A DNA stretch of 64,000 nt from a virus. The position numbers were made by a program, and so were the translations under genes. The notes beneath the pieces were generated by a model. That model had not been told where the DNA came from. It saw nothing but the letters and a program-made list of their open reading frames with translations, and did no database searches. Numbering within the stretch: the stretch's first letter is position 1; each line of letters opens with the position of its first letter. The stretch lies in the IMG/VR virus record IMGVR_UViG_3300045988_010345. One strand, written 5' to 3'. Shown here one piece after another: positions 16,718 through 22,563 of this stretch.

Positions 16718-16791
16718 TGGGTCAATAGGGATTTGAACCCTAAACCTTCACATTATGAGTGTGCTGCTCTAACCACTTGAGCTATAGACCC
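16718..16791 (-). tRNA. tRNA with CAT anticodon (Met, fMet or Ile2 class)
   Basis: Acceptor GGGTCTA/TAGACCC-like (3' TTGACCC), D-arm GCTC-AAGTGGTTA-GAGC, anticodon loop CTCATAA, T-arm TAGGG-TTCAAAT-CCCTA. Confidence 0.8.
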
Positions 16792-16847
16792 TAAATGCTA
16801 CTATACTAAGATAGTAGCACTAAACAAATTTAACTATAACACTAAAA

Positions 16848-17087
16848 CTAATCAATATCTTCAATATTAAGTTTCTTAGTAAACCAGTTGTAACCTGATA
16901 TAACTTTATACTCATCCTCTGTTATATATGTAAGACAAGCAAGTACCAATAGAATATCTACCATTAAAGTAATCAATGGAAGAAAAACATCAATGTTGTA
17001 GATAGAATCTATAGCACTTATAGAGAAAATTACTAAAAATGCAGTAGTCCATAATAATAGACCTTTTGCTATTAATCTTGTTTTCAT
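16848..17087 (-). CDS. membrane protein (2-3 TM)
   Basis: 79 aa, strongly hydrophobic. Confidence 0.55.
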   Translation of the reverse strand: MKTRLIAKGLLLWTTAFLVIFSISAIDSIYNIDVFLPLITLMVDILLVLACLTYITEDEYKVISGYNWFTKKLNIEDID

Positions 17088-17164
17088 TGTTTAAGCGTTT
17101 ATATGTTTATTTTGTTTATAGGGAAAGAAAGGGTAAGAAGACTGATGTCTCCTCACTCTAATCT

Positions 17165-17500
17165 TTAGATGTCTGATGGCATAGAAGGTATCTCACAATA
17201 ATCTACTATTATTCCTTCATATTTTAAGTCTGAATAATAATTAACTATTACTTCCTCTGATGTACCAAGGTCACTATCATAACTATCTTCTATAGACCAG
17301 TTATATTCAAATGAAGCCTTAAAGAGTCTCTTCTGTGCATACATTATGCATTCATAGTGAGCACTATTATAATCTGTAGAATACTCTATTACATCAAGTA
17401 CTACTGCCTTTATAGGATGCTCTACATTAGGGACAGTTATTTCTATTATCTGTCCTTTCTCTATAGATTGTCCATATGTTATCTCTTCCATATCTTCCAT
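17165..17500 (-). CDS. small acidic protein
   Basis: 111 aa, rich in D/E/Y. Confidence 0.6.
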   Translation of the reverse strand: MEDMEEITYGQSIEKGQIIEITVPNVEHPIKAVVLDVIEYSTDYNSAHYECIMYAQKRLFKASFEYNWSIEDSYDSDLGTSEEVIVNYYSDLKYEGIIVDYCEIPSMPSDI

Positions 17501-17556
17501 AATTCTTTTTTTTTATTTAAAGTAGTGTGGAGTCTTACACCACACTACTAGTTAAT

Positions 17557-17883
17557 TTACCATTCACCTTTCAGGGTAGCAATGAGTTCTTCTCTCACAT
17601 AAGCAGGAAGCTCTACACCAAAGGCTTCATCAGTGAACTTACCTAAAGTAAGCACAAAGGTGTTAGTTACCTCATTAATAGTGCCTACTGTGAAATCTAC
17701 ACCATAGCCATCCACAGGGATAACTTCTCCTTCTTTAGGTACACCATAGCCATCAAGCTCTACCATATCACCCTGAAAGCAAGCTGTGCCATTTAATGGG
17801 TCATCAAAATGATACATCATAAAGTCTTTCAACTCATCACAGTTGTTAAGATACTCAAGTGTTGGAATGTTATTTTCACACAT
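17557..17883 (-). CDS. small acidic protein
   Basis: 108 aa, rich in D/E. Confidence 0.6.
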   Translation of the reverse strand: MCENNIPTLEYLNNCDELKDFMMYHFDDPLNGTACFQGDMVELDGYGVPKEGEVIPVDGYGVDFTVGTINEVTNTFVLTLGKFTDEAFGVELPAYVREELIATLKGEW

Positions 17884-18008
17884 AATAAATATAGTTTATC
17901 GGGTTTTACAGTTATGTTAAATAGTTAATCCTCCATGTGTTCTCACTCTGAGTTCTAACCTCAGTACAATAGTTTTATTTCAGTGAGAAAAGTAGCCATA
18001 GTTATTTC

Positions 18009-18434
18009 CTATGCGTACATTGTATGTGTATCTAGCTTTTTTACTTGCTCTCTAAGCCAGTTAGATTTATCTTGATGATTAACTTCTAAAGAGCAATATT
18101 TAAAGAAGTCTTTTATTTCTCTAGCATCTGGACCAAATGTTCTAGCTGTTTCTTGCATCCATTTAATAAGGTTACGAGCACACTTTTTAATACCTCCATA
18201 AGTAATGAAGGATACTTCACTGTGACCATAGCCATTAGGACCTCCTAACTCTGTATATGTAACTTTTATTACAGAGGCTGTGGTTGTGTCTACAATTTCA
18301 AGATTGTGTGAAGAAGAAGCCATTATTTGTTGTATTTCTTCTAAAGAGTCACTATAATCTAGGACACTTCCATTTGTTCTGAGTTGTATTGCGTATTTCA
18401 TAATTGTAGTGTTATAGTAAAAATAGTTATACAT
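18009..18434 (-). CDS. hypothetical protein (first gene of the minus-strand arm)
   Basis: 141-aa ORF. An alternative start at 18401 (MKYAIQL) is possible. Confidence 0.6.
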   Translation of the reverse strand: MYNYFYYNTTIMKYAIQLRTNGSVLDYSDSLEEIQQIMASSSHNLEIVDTTTASVIKVTYTELGGPNGYGHSEVSFITYGGIKKCARNLIKWMQETARTFGPDAREIKDFFKYCSLEVNHQDKSNWLREQVKKLDTHTMYA

Positions 18435-18507
18435 TATTGGATGATTGTTCTACTATTGTGATTGTAATGAGGTGATAATTATGGGGTGATGTCATAATGT
18501 CACATAT

Positions 18508-18522
18508 CTGACAATATGTCAG
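18508..18522. promoter_or_regulatory. perfect palindrome CTGACAATATGTCAG (possible operator)
   Basis: Lies in the 470-nt non-coding control region and shares the 13-nt core TGACAATATGTCA with 11676-11688. Flanked by ATGTCA direct repeats. Confidence 0.3.
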
Positions 18523-18865
18523 TCCATTCTATTAACTCTCAGTAAATCAACAAGTTATATTCAATACAAAACAAGGAAGATAGGATATAAAGTGTATTCC
18601 ACACTCTATTATCCTATCCTTCTTATCCAGTGCATTAAACCTCTAAATACTCTACTTACCTCTCTAATCTTCTTGTCAAGAAGAGATGTAAATAGAGCAC
18701 ATTTCATCTCACTCTATACATTAACAAAGTTAAATCCTATTACATATAATATAATGTGTAACATATCTTAGAGTTATACTAAGAGCATACTAATGCTTAC
18801 TCATATAACTTTTACACACAAATACTATTAATGTTCAAAGGATTAAACACTATTAATGACTAAAG

Positions 18866-18902
18866 GAAATAAAAAGGCAAACAGGCATTCCTGCCTGTTG
18901 CC
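18866..18902 (-). terminator. intrinsic terminator of gene 18910..19206
   Basis: Minus strand shows GGCAACAGGCA-GGAA-TGCCTGTTTGCC (11 bp with one bulge) followed by TTTTTATTTC. Confidence 0.7.
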
Positions 18903-18909
18903 CTCCTGC

Positions 18910-19206
18910 TTAGAAGCTTGCCAATGTAGGTGCTCCACCCTGACCTTCCTCATGCAGAAGCCAGAATGTAGAACAGCCTTTTTGTCCAGCATGTGCAATG
19001 TCCAATGTATCTCCTTCAGGACATACTACACTGAACATAGGTTTTACGGGAATGCCTTTGACTGCAACTGCTCCTGCCTTTGCACCATAGGTGAAGAAGA
19101 GCTTGCCTGTCCTAGGATTTCTCTTTACATCTACTCGTGATACCATCATTTGTGCCTTGAACTGCTCTACTGTCAGAGTGTCTCCGAATGTTAATTTACC
19201 TTCCAT
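18910..19206 (-). CDS. hypothetical 98-aa protein in a GC-richer island (host-like composition)
   Basis: The ORF has its own terminator. Local GC content is visibly higher than in the rest of the window. No family recognised with confidence. Confidence 0.6.
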   Translation of the reverse strand: MEGKLTFGDTLTVEQFKAQMMVSRVDVKRNPRTGKLFFTYGAKAGAVAVKGIPVKPMFSVVCPEGDTLDIAHAGQKGCSTFWLLHEEGQGGAPTLASF

Positions 19207-19378
19207 AAGTCTGAAATGTTAAATGGTTAATAATGTTAATTTTTTGACCTACGGGGTAGGACCCCCATAGGCTGAGTGATGGGGAGGGTGGGGTTGGTGT
19301 AAGTACCACTCCTAAAAATACAATAGAAAAAAAATTAAAAAAAATTATTTTTTATGCAATAAATTTTTTATTTATATA

Positions 19379-19410
19379 TTTGCACATATCAAAACTTTTA
19401 CCTACCTTTG
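19379..19410 (+). promoter_or_regulatory. Bacteroidota-type promoter (TTTG-N20-TACCTTTG)
   Basis: -33 TTTG at 19379-19382 and -7 TACCTTTG at 19403-19410 with exact 20-nt spacing, preceded by phased A/T tracts. Confidence 0.65.
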
Positions 19411-19707
19411 CATCCCAGTAGAGGTTAATGGTGGATTAACCTTTCACCCATGAGGTTAAAAAGTAATGGGTCAGAAGTTGGGTTAGTACTCTCACACTTA
19501 CATAGAGAGGAGGTTGTCCCCAATACTACTAAAATTGCTACTATATAAGTTAGATTGCATGAGCTATCCACCTGAGAAAAGGCACAGGGAATCATGCTAT
19601 AGGGGTATAATCAAGAACTGGTCTAATGAAGTTAGTAGTTAAAAGGAGATTAGAAATAACTCTTATGAAGCCATAACAAAGCTTCAGGGACATTACTATA
19701 TACAAGA

Positions 19708-20109
19708 ATGAAGAAGATTAGTAATTACATTAAGGATTCTATTAAGTGGTTATGGCAGTTTCCACAGAATATGCTTGCTCTATGTATAGAGGGTATATTG
19801 TGTCAAGCTGCATACAGAGTAGGTAAAGCAGATGGCAATATTATTATAATGAATATTGTTCTACCCTCAGCTATGTCATTAGGAGATTATCTCTTTGTGA
19901 GTCCTATGTCATCACAAAAGTCTATTCAACATGAATGTGGTCATAGTAAGCAATCTGATATATTAGGTCCACTATATTTGATAGTAATAGGAATCCCATC
20001 ATTACTACATAATATAATACATTATCTATGTAGTAAGATAGGAATTAAGTGGAACTACTACAGTTTTTATACTGAATCTTGGGCTAACAAGTTAGTAGGA
20101 ATTACTTAA
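19708..20109 (+). CDS. membrane protein with HExxH motif (putative zincin-like membrane peptidase)
   Basis: 133 aa with several hydrophobic segments; HECGH lies between them. Confidence 0.5.
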   Translation: MKKISNYIKDSIKWLWQFPQNMLALCIEGILCQAAYRVGKADGNIIIMNIVLPSAMSLGDYLFVSPMSSQKSIQHECGHSKQSDILGPLYLIVIGIPSLLHNIIHYLCSKIGIKWNYYSFYTESWANKLVGIT

Positions 20110-20199
20110 AAGAATATAGATAAGACCTAAAATCAAATCACAACTTTACTCCTTCAAGACAAGGAAATGATACTTGAATTGAAAATAATTGAGAAAAAG

Positions 20200-20231
20200 T
20201 TTGGTGGTTTCAAATATTTTGCTTACCTTTG
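20200..20231 (+). promoter_or_regulatory. Bacteroidota-type promoter upstream of the tRNA array
   Basis: TTTG at 20200-20203, 20-nt spacer, TACCTTTG at 20224-20231. Confidence 0.65.
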
Positions 20232-20277
20232 CAAAGCAATTAAGAAGAGAGATTGGTTTTAGGAAATTTCCATTGTT

Positions 20278-20322
20278 AGGAATGTTACTTTAACCAGTTG
20301 TTTAGAGTAACATTCCTTTTTT
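20278..20322 (+). terminator. intrinsic terminator/attenuator hairpin 3 nt upstream of the first tRNA
   Basis: 12-bp perfect stem AGGAATGTTACT / AGTAACATTCCT with a 16-nt loop, followed by TTTTTT. Confidence 0.6.
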
Positions 20323-20324
20323 AT

Positions 20325-20397
20325 TGCCCCATAGTATAGTTGGTTATTACACGGGATTTTGGCTCCTGTAACATAAGTTCGAGTCTTATTGGGGTAA
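20325..20397 (+). tRNA. tRNA-Gln (anticodon TTG)
   Basis: Acceptor TGCCCCA/TGGGGTA with U1-A72, anticodon stem CGGGA/TCCTG, loop TTTTGGC, T-arm ATAAG-TTCGAGT-CTTAT. Confidence 0.8.
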
Positions 20398-20412
20398 CGA
20401 TAGTAAGGTAAT

Positions 20413-20484
20413 GCCCTCTTAGTTCAATGGACAGAATAAGAGACTTCTAATCTTTTGATATAGGTTCGATTCCTATAGGGGGTA
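20413..20484 (+). tRNA. tRNA-Arg (anticodon TCT)
   Basis: Acceptor GCCCTCT/AGGGGGT, anticodon stem AGAGA/TCTTT, loop CTTCTAA, T-arm ATAGG-TTCGATT-CCTAT. Confidence 0.8.
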
Positions 20485-20490
20485 CTGAAT

Positions 20491-20564
20491 GTTGGGTTAG
20501 ACGAAGTGGTGAAGTCACCACACTTTCAATGTGGAGATTATGGGTTCAAATCCCATACCCAATA
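20491..20564 (+). tRNA. tRNA-Glu (anticodon TTC)
   Basis: Acceptor GTTGGGT/ACCCAAT, anticodon stem CCACA/TGTGG, loop CTTTCAA, T-arm ATGGG-TTCAAAT-CCCAT. Confidence 0.8.
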
Positions 20565-20570
20565 CAATAT

Positions 20571-20642
20571 AGAGCTATCTACTAATGGATAGGTAACTGC
20601 CTTCTCAAGGCAGAAATTTGGGTTCAATTCCCAATAGCTCTA
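20571..20642 (+). tRNA. tRNA-Glu (anticodon CTC)
   Basis: Acceptor AGAGCTA/TAGCTCT, anticodon stem CTGCC/GGCAG, loop TTCTCAA, T-arm TTGGG-TTCAATT-CCCAA. Confidence 0.75.
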
Positions 20643-20649
20643 CTATTTA

Positions 20650-20720
20650 GGGTGTGTAGCATAGTGGTTAATGTGCCTGACTGTCAATCAGGAGATTGGA
20701 GTTCAATTCTCCCACATCCT
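20650..20720 (+). tRNA. tRNA-Asp (anticodon GTC)
   Basis: Acceptor GGGTGTG/CACATCC, D-arm GCAT-AGTGGTTA-ATGT, anticodon stem CCTGA/TCAGG, loop CTGTCAA. The T-stem has only 4 bp in my fold. Confidence 0.7.
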
Positions 20721-20774
20721 GCTAATCCACTTTTAATCTACTGAAGTCCTATCCTACAGAGGTAGGTAGGCAAT

Positions 20775-20859
20775 GGAGAGGTAACTCAGTGGGACTGGGA
20801 CTTGTCTTGAAAACAATGGGAGCAGTAAAATGCTTGGGGGTCGGGACCTCACCTCTCCA
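20775..20859 (+). tRNA. tRNA-Ser (anticodon TGA), long variable arm
   Basis: Acceptor GGAGAGG/CCTCTCC, anticodon loop CTTGAAA, roughly 20-nt variable arm, T-arm TGGGG-GTCGGGA-CCTCA. Confidence 0.8.
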
Positions 20860-20897
20860 CAATAATAGGTGTTCTTTGACATATGGTGAAGGAAAAT

Positions 20898-20983
20898 GGA
20901 GAGTAAACTATCAAGGTGATAGTCCTATCTGCTAAATAGTGAGTACCCTAATAAGGTATTTGTTTCGAGTACAATGCTCTCCG
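20898..20983 (+). tRNA. tRNA-Ser (anticodon GCT), long variable arm
   Basis: Acceptor GGAGAGT/GCTCTCC, anticodon loop CTGCTAA, long variable arm, T-loop TTCGAGT. Confidence 0.8.
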
Positions 20984-20989
20984 CAATAT

Positions 20990-21062
20990 ATGGGTGTAAT
21001 TCAGTAGGTAGAATGCTGGCTTTGGGAGCCAGTTGTCCTTGGTTCGAGTCCAAGTACCCATA
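20990..21062 (+). tRNA. tRNA-Pro (anticodon TGG)
   Basis: Acceptor ATGGGTG/TACCCAT, D-arm ATTC-AGTAGGTA-GAAT, anticodon stem CTGGC/GCCAG, loop TTTGGGA, T-arm CTTGG-TTCGAGT-CCAAG. Confidence 0.8.
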
Positions 21063-21067
21063 CTAAT

Positions 21068-21141
21068 GGGCTTTGTAGTGTAATCAGGTTAGCACAAGAC
21101 ATTTGCAATGTTTTAGAGGAGTTCAAATCTCACAAGGTCCA
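21068..21141 (+). tRNA. tRNA-Cys (anticodon GCA), weak T-stem
   Basis: Acceptor GGGCTTT/AAGGTCC, anticodon stem AGACA/TGTTT, loop TTTGCAA. T-loop is TTCAAAT, but only 3 clean T-stem pairs. Confidence 0.6.
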
Positions 21142-21227
21142 CACTATGTTTTCATGTTTTCATAATGTTGAGCTTTTGCTTGAACCCTCTTTTGGGCAGT
21201 TAGAGGTTAAAGAAACTGCCCTATCAA

Positions 21228-21301
21228 TGCTCCTTAGTTCAGTGGTTTAGAACAGCTCTCTTACAAAGAGAAGGTCATTAGTTCAATTCTAATAGGAGCA
21301 A
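21228..21301 (+). tRNA. tRNA-Val (anticodon TAC)
   Basis: Acceptor TGCTCCT/AGGAGCA, D-arm GTTC-AGTGGTTTA-GAAC, loop CTTACAA, T-arm ATTAG-TTCAATT-CTAAT. Confidence 0.8.
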
Positions 21302-21308
21302 CATAAAT

Positions 21309-21380
21309 GGGTCTTTAGTTCAAAGGTTAGAACAAAGGGCTGTTAACCCTTAGATGTAAGTTCGAGTCTTACAGGTCCCG
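21309..21380 (+). tRNA. tRNA-Asn (anticodon GTT)
   Basis: Acceptor GGGTCTT/AGGTCCC (one mismatch), anticodon stem AAGGG/CCCTT, loop CTGTTAA, T-arm GTAAG-TTCGAGT-CTTAC. Confidence 0.8.
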
Positions 21381-21489
21381 CAAAAACTTTTGCAAGAAGT
21401 TTAGTTAAGTAGCTTGCAATACTTGATGCCATCATTTCTGAAAAGTCTCTGAGTGCAATAAGGAGAAGTAATCAATGATTTGATGTTTT

Positions 21490-21562
21490 AGCAGGTTAGA
21501 GAAGTAGTAATCTTGCTCCACTCATAATGGAGAGACCAGTGGTGCAAATCCACTACCTGCAA
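21490..21562 (+). tRNA. tRNA with CAT anticodon (Met/fMet/Ile2 class), A1:A72 mismatch
   Basis: Acceptor AGCAGGT/ACCTGCA (position 1:72 unpaired), anticodon stem CTCCA/TGGAG, loop CTCATAA, T-arm AGTGG-TGCAAAT-CCACT. Confidence 0.75.
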
Positions 21563-21570
21563 CTATAAAT

Positions 21571-21642
21571 AGGTAGATAGTTTAATGGTAAAACCCTAGT
21601 CTCCAAAACTAGAAGATGTGAGTTCGAGTCTTACTCTATCTG
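21571..21642 (+). tRNA. tRNA-Trp (anticodon CCA)
   Basis: Acceptor AGGTAGA/TCTATCT, anticodon stem CTAGT/ACTAG, loop CTCCAAA, T-arm GTGAG-TTCGAGT-CTTAC. Confidence 0.8.
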
Positions 21643-21646
21643 CAAT

Positions 21647-21719
21647 GGGAAAGTAGCAAAGATGGTCTATGCAGAGGACTGAAAATCCTTGGATATAAGT
21701 TCGATTCTTATCTTTCCCA
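21647..21719 (+). tRNA. tRNA-Phe (anticodon GAA)
   Basis: Acceptor GGGAAAG/CTTTCCC, anticodon stem GAGGA/TCCTT, loop CTGAAAA, T-arm ATAAG-TTCGATT-CTTAT. Confidence 0.85.
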
Positions 21720-21724
21720 CATAA

Positions 21725-21798
21725 GGGTATATAACTCAATTGGTTAGAGTACTTGACTGATATTCAAGAGGTTATAGGTTCAAATCCTGTTATACCCA
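21725..21798 (+). tRNA. tRNA-Ile (anticodon GAT)
   Basis: Acceptor GGGTATA/TATACCC, anticodon stem CTTGA/TCAAG, loop CTGATAT, T-loop TTCAAAT. Coordinates were cross-checked against the frame of the spurious track ORF 21753. Confidence 0.85.
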
Positions 21799-21800
21799 CT

Positions 21801-21874
21801 GTGTTAGTAGCTCAGTCAGGTAGAGCAGAGGATTGTGGCTCCTTATGGCATGGGTTCAAATCCCATCTAACACC
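21801..21874 (+). tRNA. tRNA-His (anticodon GTG)
   Basis: Acceptor GTGTTAG/CTAACAC with discriminator C, D-arm GCTC-AGTCAGGTA-GAGC, loop TTGTGGC, T-arm ATGGG-TTCAAAT-CCCAT. Confidence 0.85.
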
Positions 21875-21880
21875 CAATAT

Positions 21881-21957
21881 ACTGGCATATCCCCTGACTC
21901 TTATACAGTCTAGAAAGGGTAATTGGTCACATGGGGGTTCAAGTCCCTCTGCCAGTA
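21881..21957 (+). tRNA. non-canonical tRNA-like gene (only anticodon-type hairpin would give TAT, Ile-AUA)
   Basis: Perfect acceptor ACTGGCA/TGCCAGT and T-arm GGGGG-TTCAAGT-CCCTC. No D-arm can be folded: only 7 nt precede the hairpin GACT-CTTATAC-AGTC, and 22 nt follow it. Confidence 0.4.
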
Positions 21958-22000
21958 CTATGACAAGTGAAGATAGAAAAGTTGTATGAAAACTCTTCAT

Positions 22001-22073
22001 TCCCTCAAAGCATTGATGGTGGATGCTCAGGACTTTTAATCCTGAGAGTAAGGTTCGACTCCTTATGGGGGAA
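22001..22073 (+). tRNA. tRNA-Lys (anticodon TTT), second copy
   Basis: Acceptor TCCCTCA/TGGGGGA, D-arm GCAT-TGATGGTGG-ATGC, anticodon stem CAGGA/TCCTG, loop CTTTTAA, T-arm TAAGG-TTCGACT-CCTTA. Confidence 0.8.
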
Positions 22074-22108
22074 CATAACACATTATTAACTCCAAATTTT
22101 TAATTGTT

Positions 22109-22216
22109 ATGAAAAAGGTTATTTCATTAATTAAGAGGGGTGCTAAAGCATACTTTAGACAAGCTGCTAAGTCTTATGCTTGGGCACCTACAGGAACTAT
22201 TCCAGTTGGAATATAG
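22109..22216 (+). CDS. possible 35-aa basic peptide inside the tRNA array
   Basis: ATG..TAG ORF MKKVISLIKRGAKAYFRQAAKSYAWAPTGTIPVGI in an otherwise unexplained 315-nt gap between tRNAs. No further support. Confidence 0.25.
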   Translation: MKKVISLIKRGAKAYFRQAAKSYAWAPTGTIPVGI

Positions 22217-22389
22217 TTCCTTTTATATTGGAGTAGAGAAGATACTAATAAAGCTATGAATTCTAGACTATAAGTAGCAACGTAACTCTTAGGGTTTCTG
22301 GATATTAAATAATATTTATAGAGTAAGACTAGCCCCTAATGAATGTCGTATTATTCACTTTAGTAGCCGAAGGTGGTCAAAGGCTATAT

Positions 22390-22478
22390 ACCCTCTTGGT
22401 GGAATTTGGTAGACACATCTGCCTTAGAAGCAGACATGAAGTAATAGTAGTGTAAGAGTTCGAGTCTCTTAGAGGGTA
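22390..22478 (+). tRNA. tRNA-Leu (anticodon TAG), long variable arm
   Basis: Acceptor ACCCTCT/AGAGGGT, D-arm GTG-GAATTTGGTAGA-CAC, anticodon stem TCTGC/GCAGA, loop CTTAGAA, T-arm AAGAG-TTCGAGT-CTCTT. Confidence 0.85.
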
Positions 22479-22511
22479 CTAAAAATAATTTGAAAAATAA
22501 TTAGGAAAATA

Positions 22512-22543
22512 TTTGGTTAATTGAAATATTTTACTTAACTTTG
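22512..22543 (+). promoter_or_regulatory. Bacteroidota-type promoter for the Dps-like gene and downstream tRNAs
   Basis: TTTG at 22512-22515, 20-nt spacer, TAACTTTG at 22536-22543, about 20 nt upstream of the ATG. Confidence 0.65.
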
Positions 22544-22563
22544 CACCATCAAAATAAGAGAAT

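Noticed and set aside
18856-19140. Cys-rich 94-aa plus-strand ORF overlapping the 98-aa minus-strand gene in the GC-richer island.
   Set aside because: The terminator hairpin with its T-run is oriented for the minus-strand gene. The plus ORF has no promoter and reads antisense through it, so the minus-strand gene is the more coherent reading. The choice of strand is not fully certain.
20232-20324. A T-box or other known riboswitch in the leader of the tRNA operon.
   Set aside because: The leader is only about 85 nt, far shorter than T-box leaders, and I saw no specifier-loop or T-box consensus. It is kept only as a generic sRNA or attenuator candidate.
21381-21489. A 109-nt gap in the tRNA array with two small hairpins carrying TTGCAA loops (AACTT-TTGCAAG-AAGTT and AAGTA-GCTTGCAA-TACTT), considered as a missed tRNA.
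   Set aside because: No T-loop consensus or acceptor pairing could be found. They are probably spacer or processing hairpins or a decayed tRNA fragment, and the evidence is too thin to call.
21753-22081. Track ORFs 21753..21989 (+) and 21812..22081 (-) inside the tRNA array, and the N-terminal 41 codons of 23311..23631.
   Set aside because: They run straight through well-folded tRNA genes (Ile, His, Lys, Gly, CAT) and start with non-ATG codons. Only the part of 23311..23631 downstream of the last tRNA (ATG at 23434) is kept.
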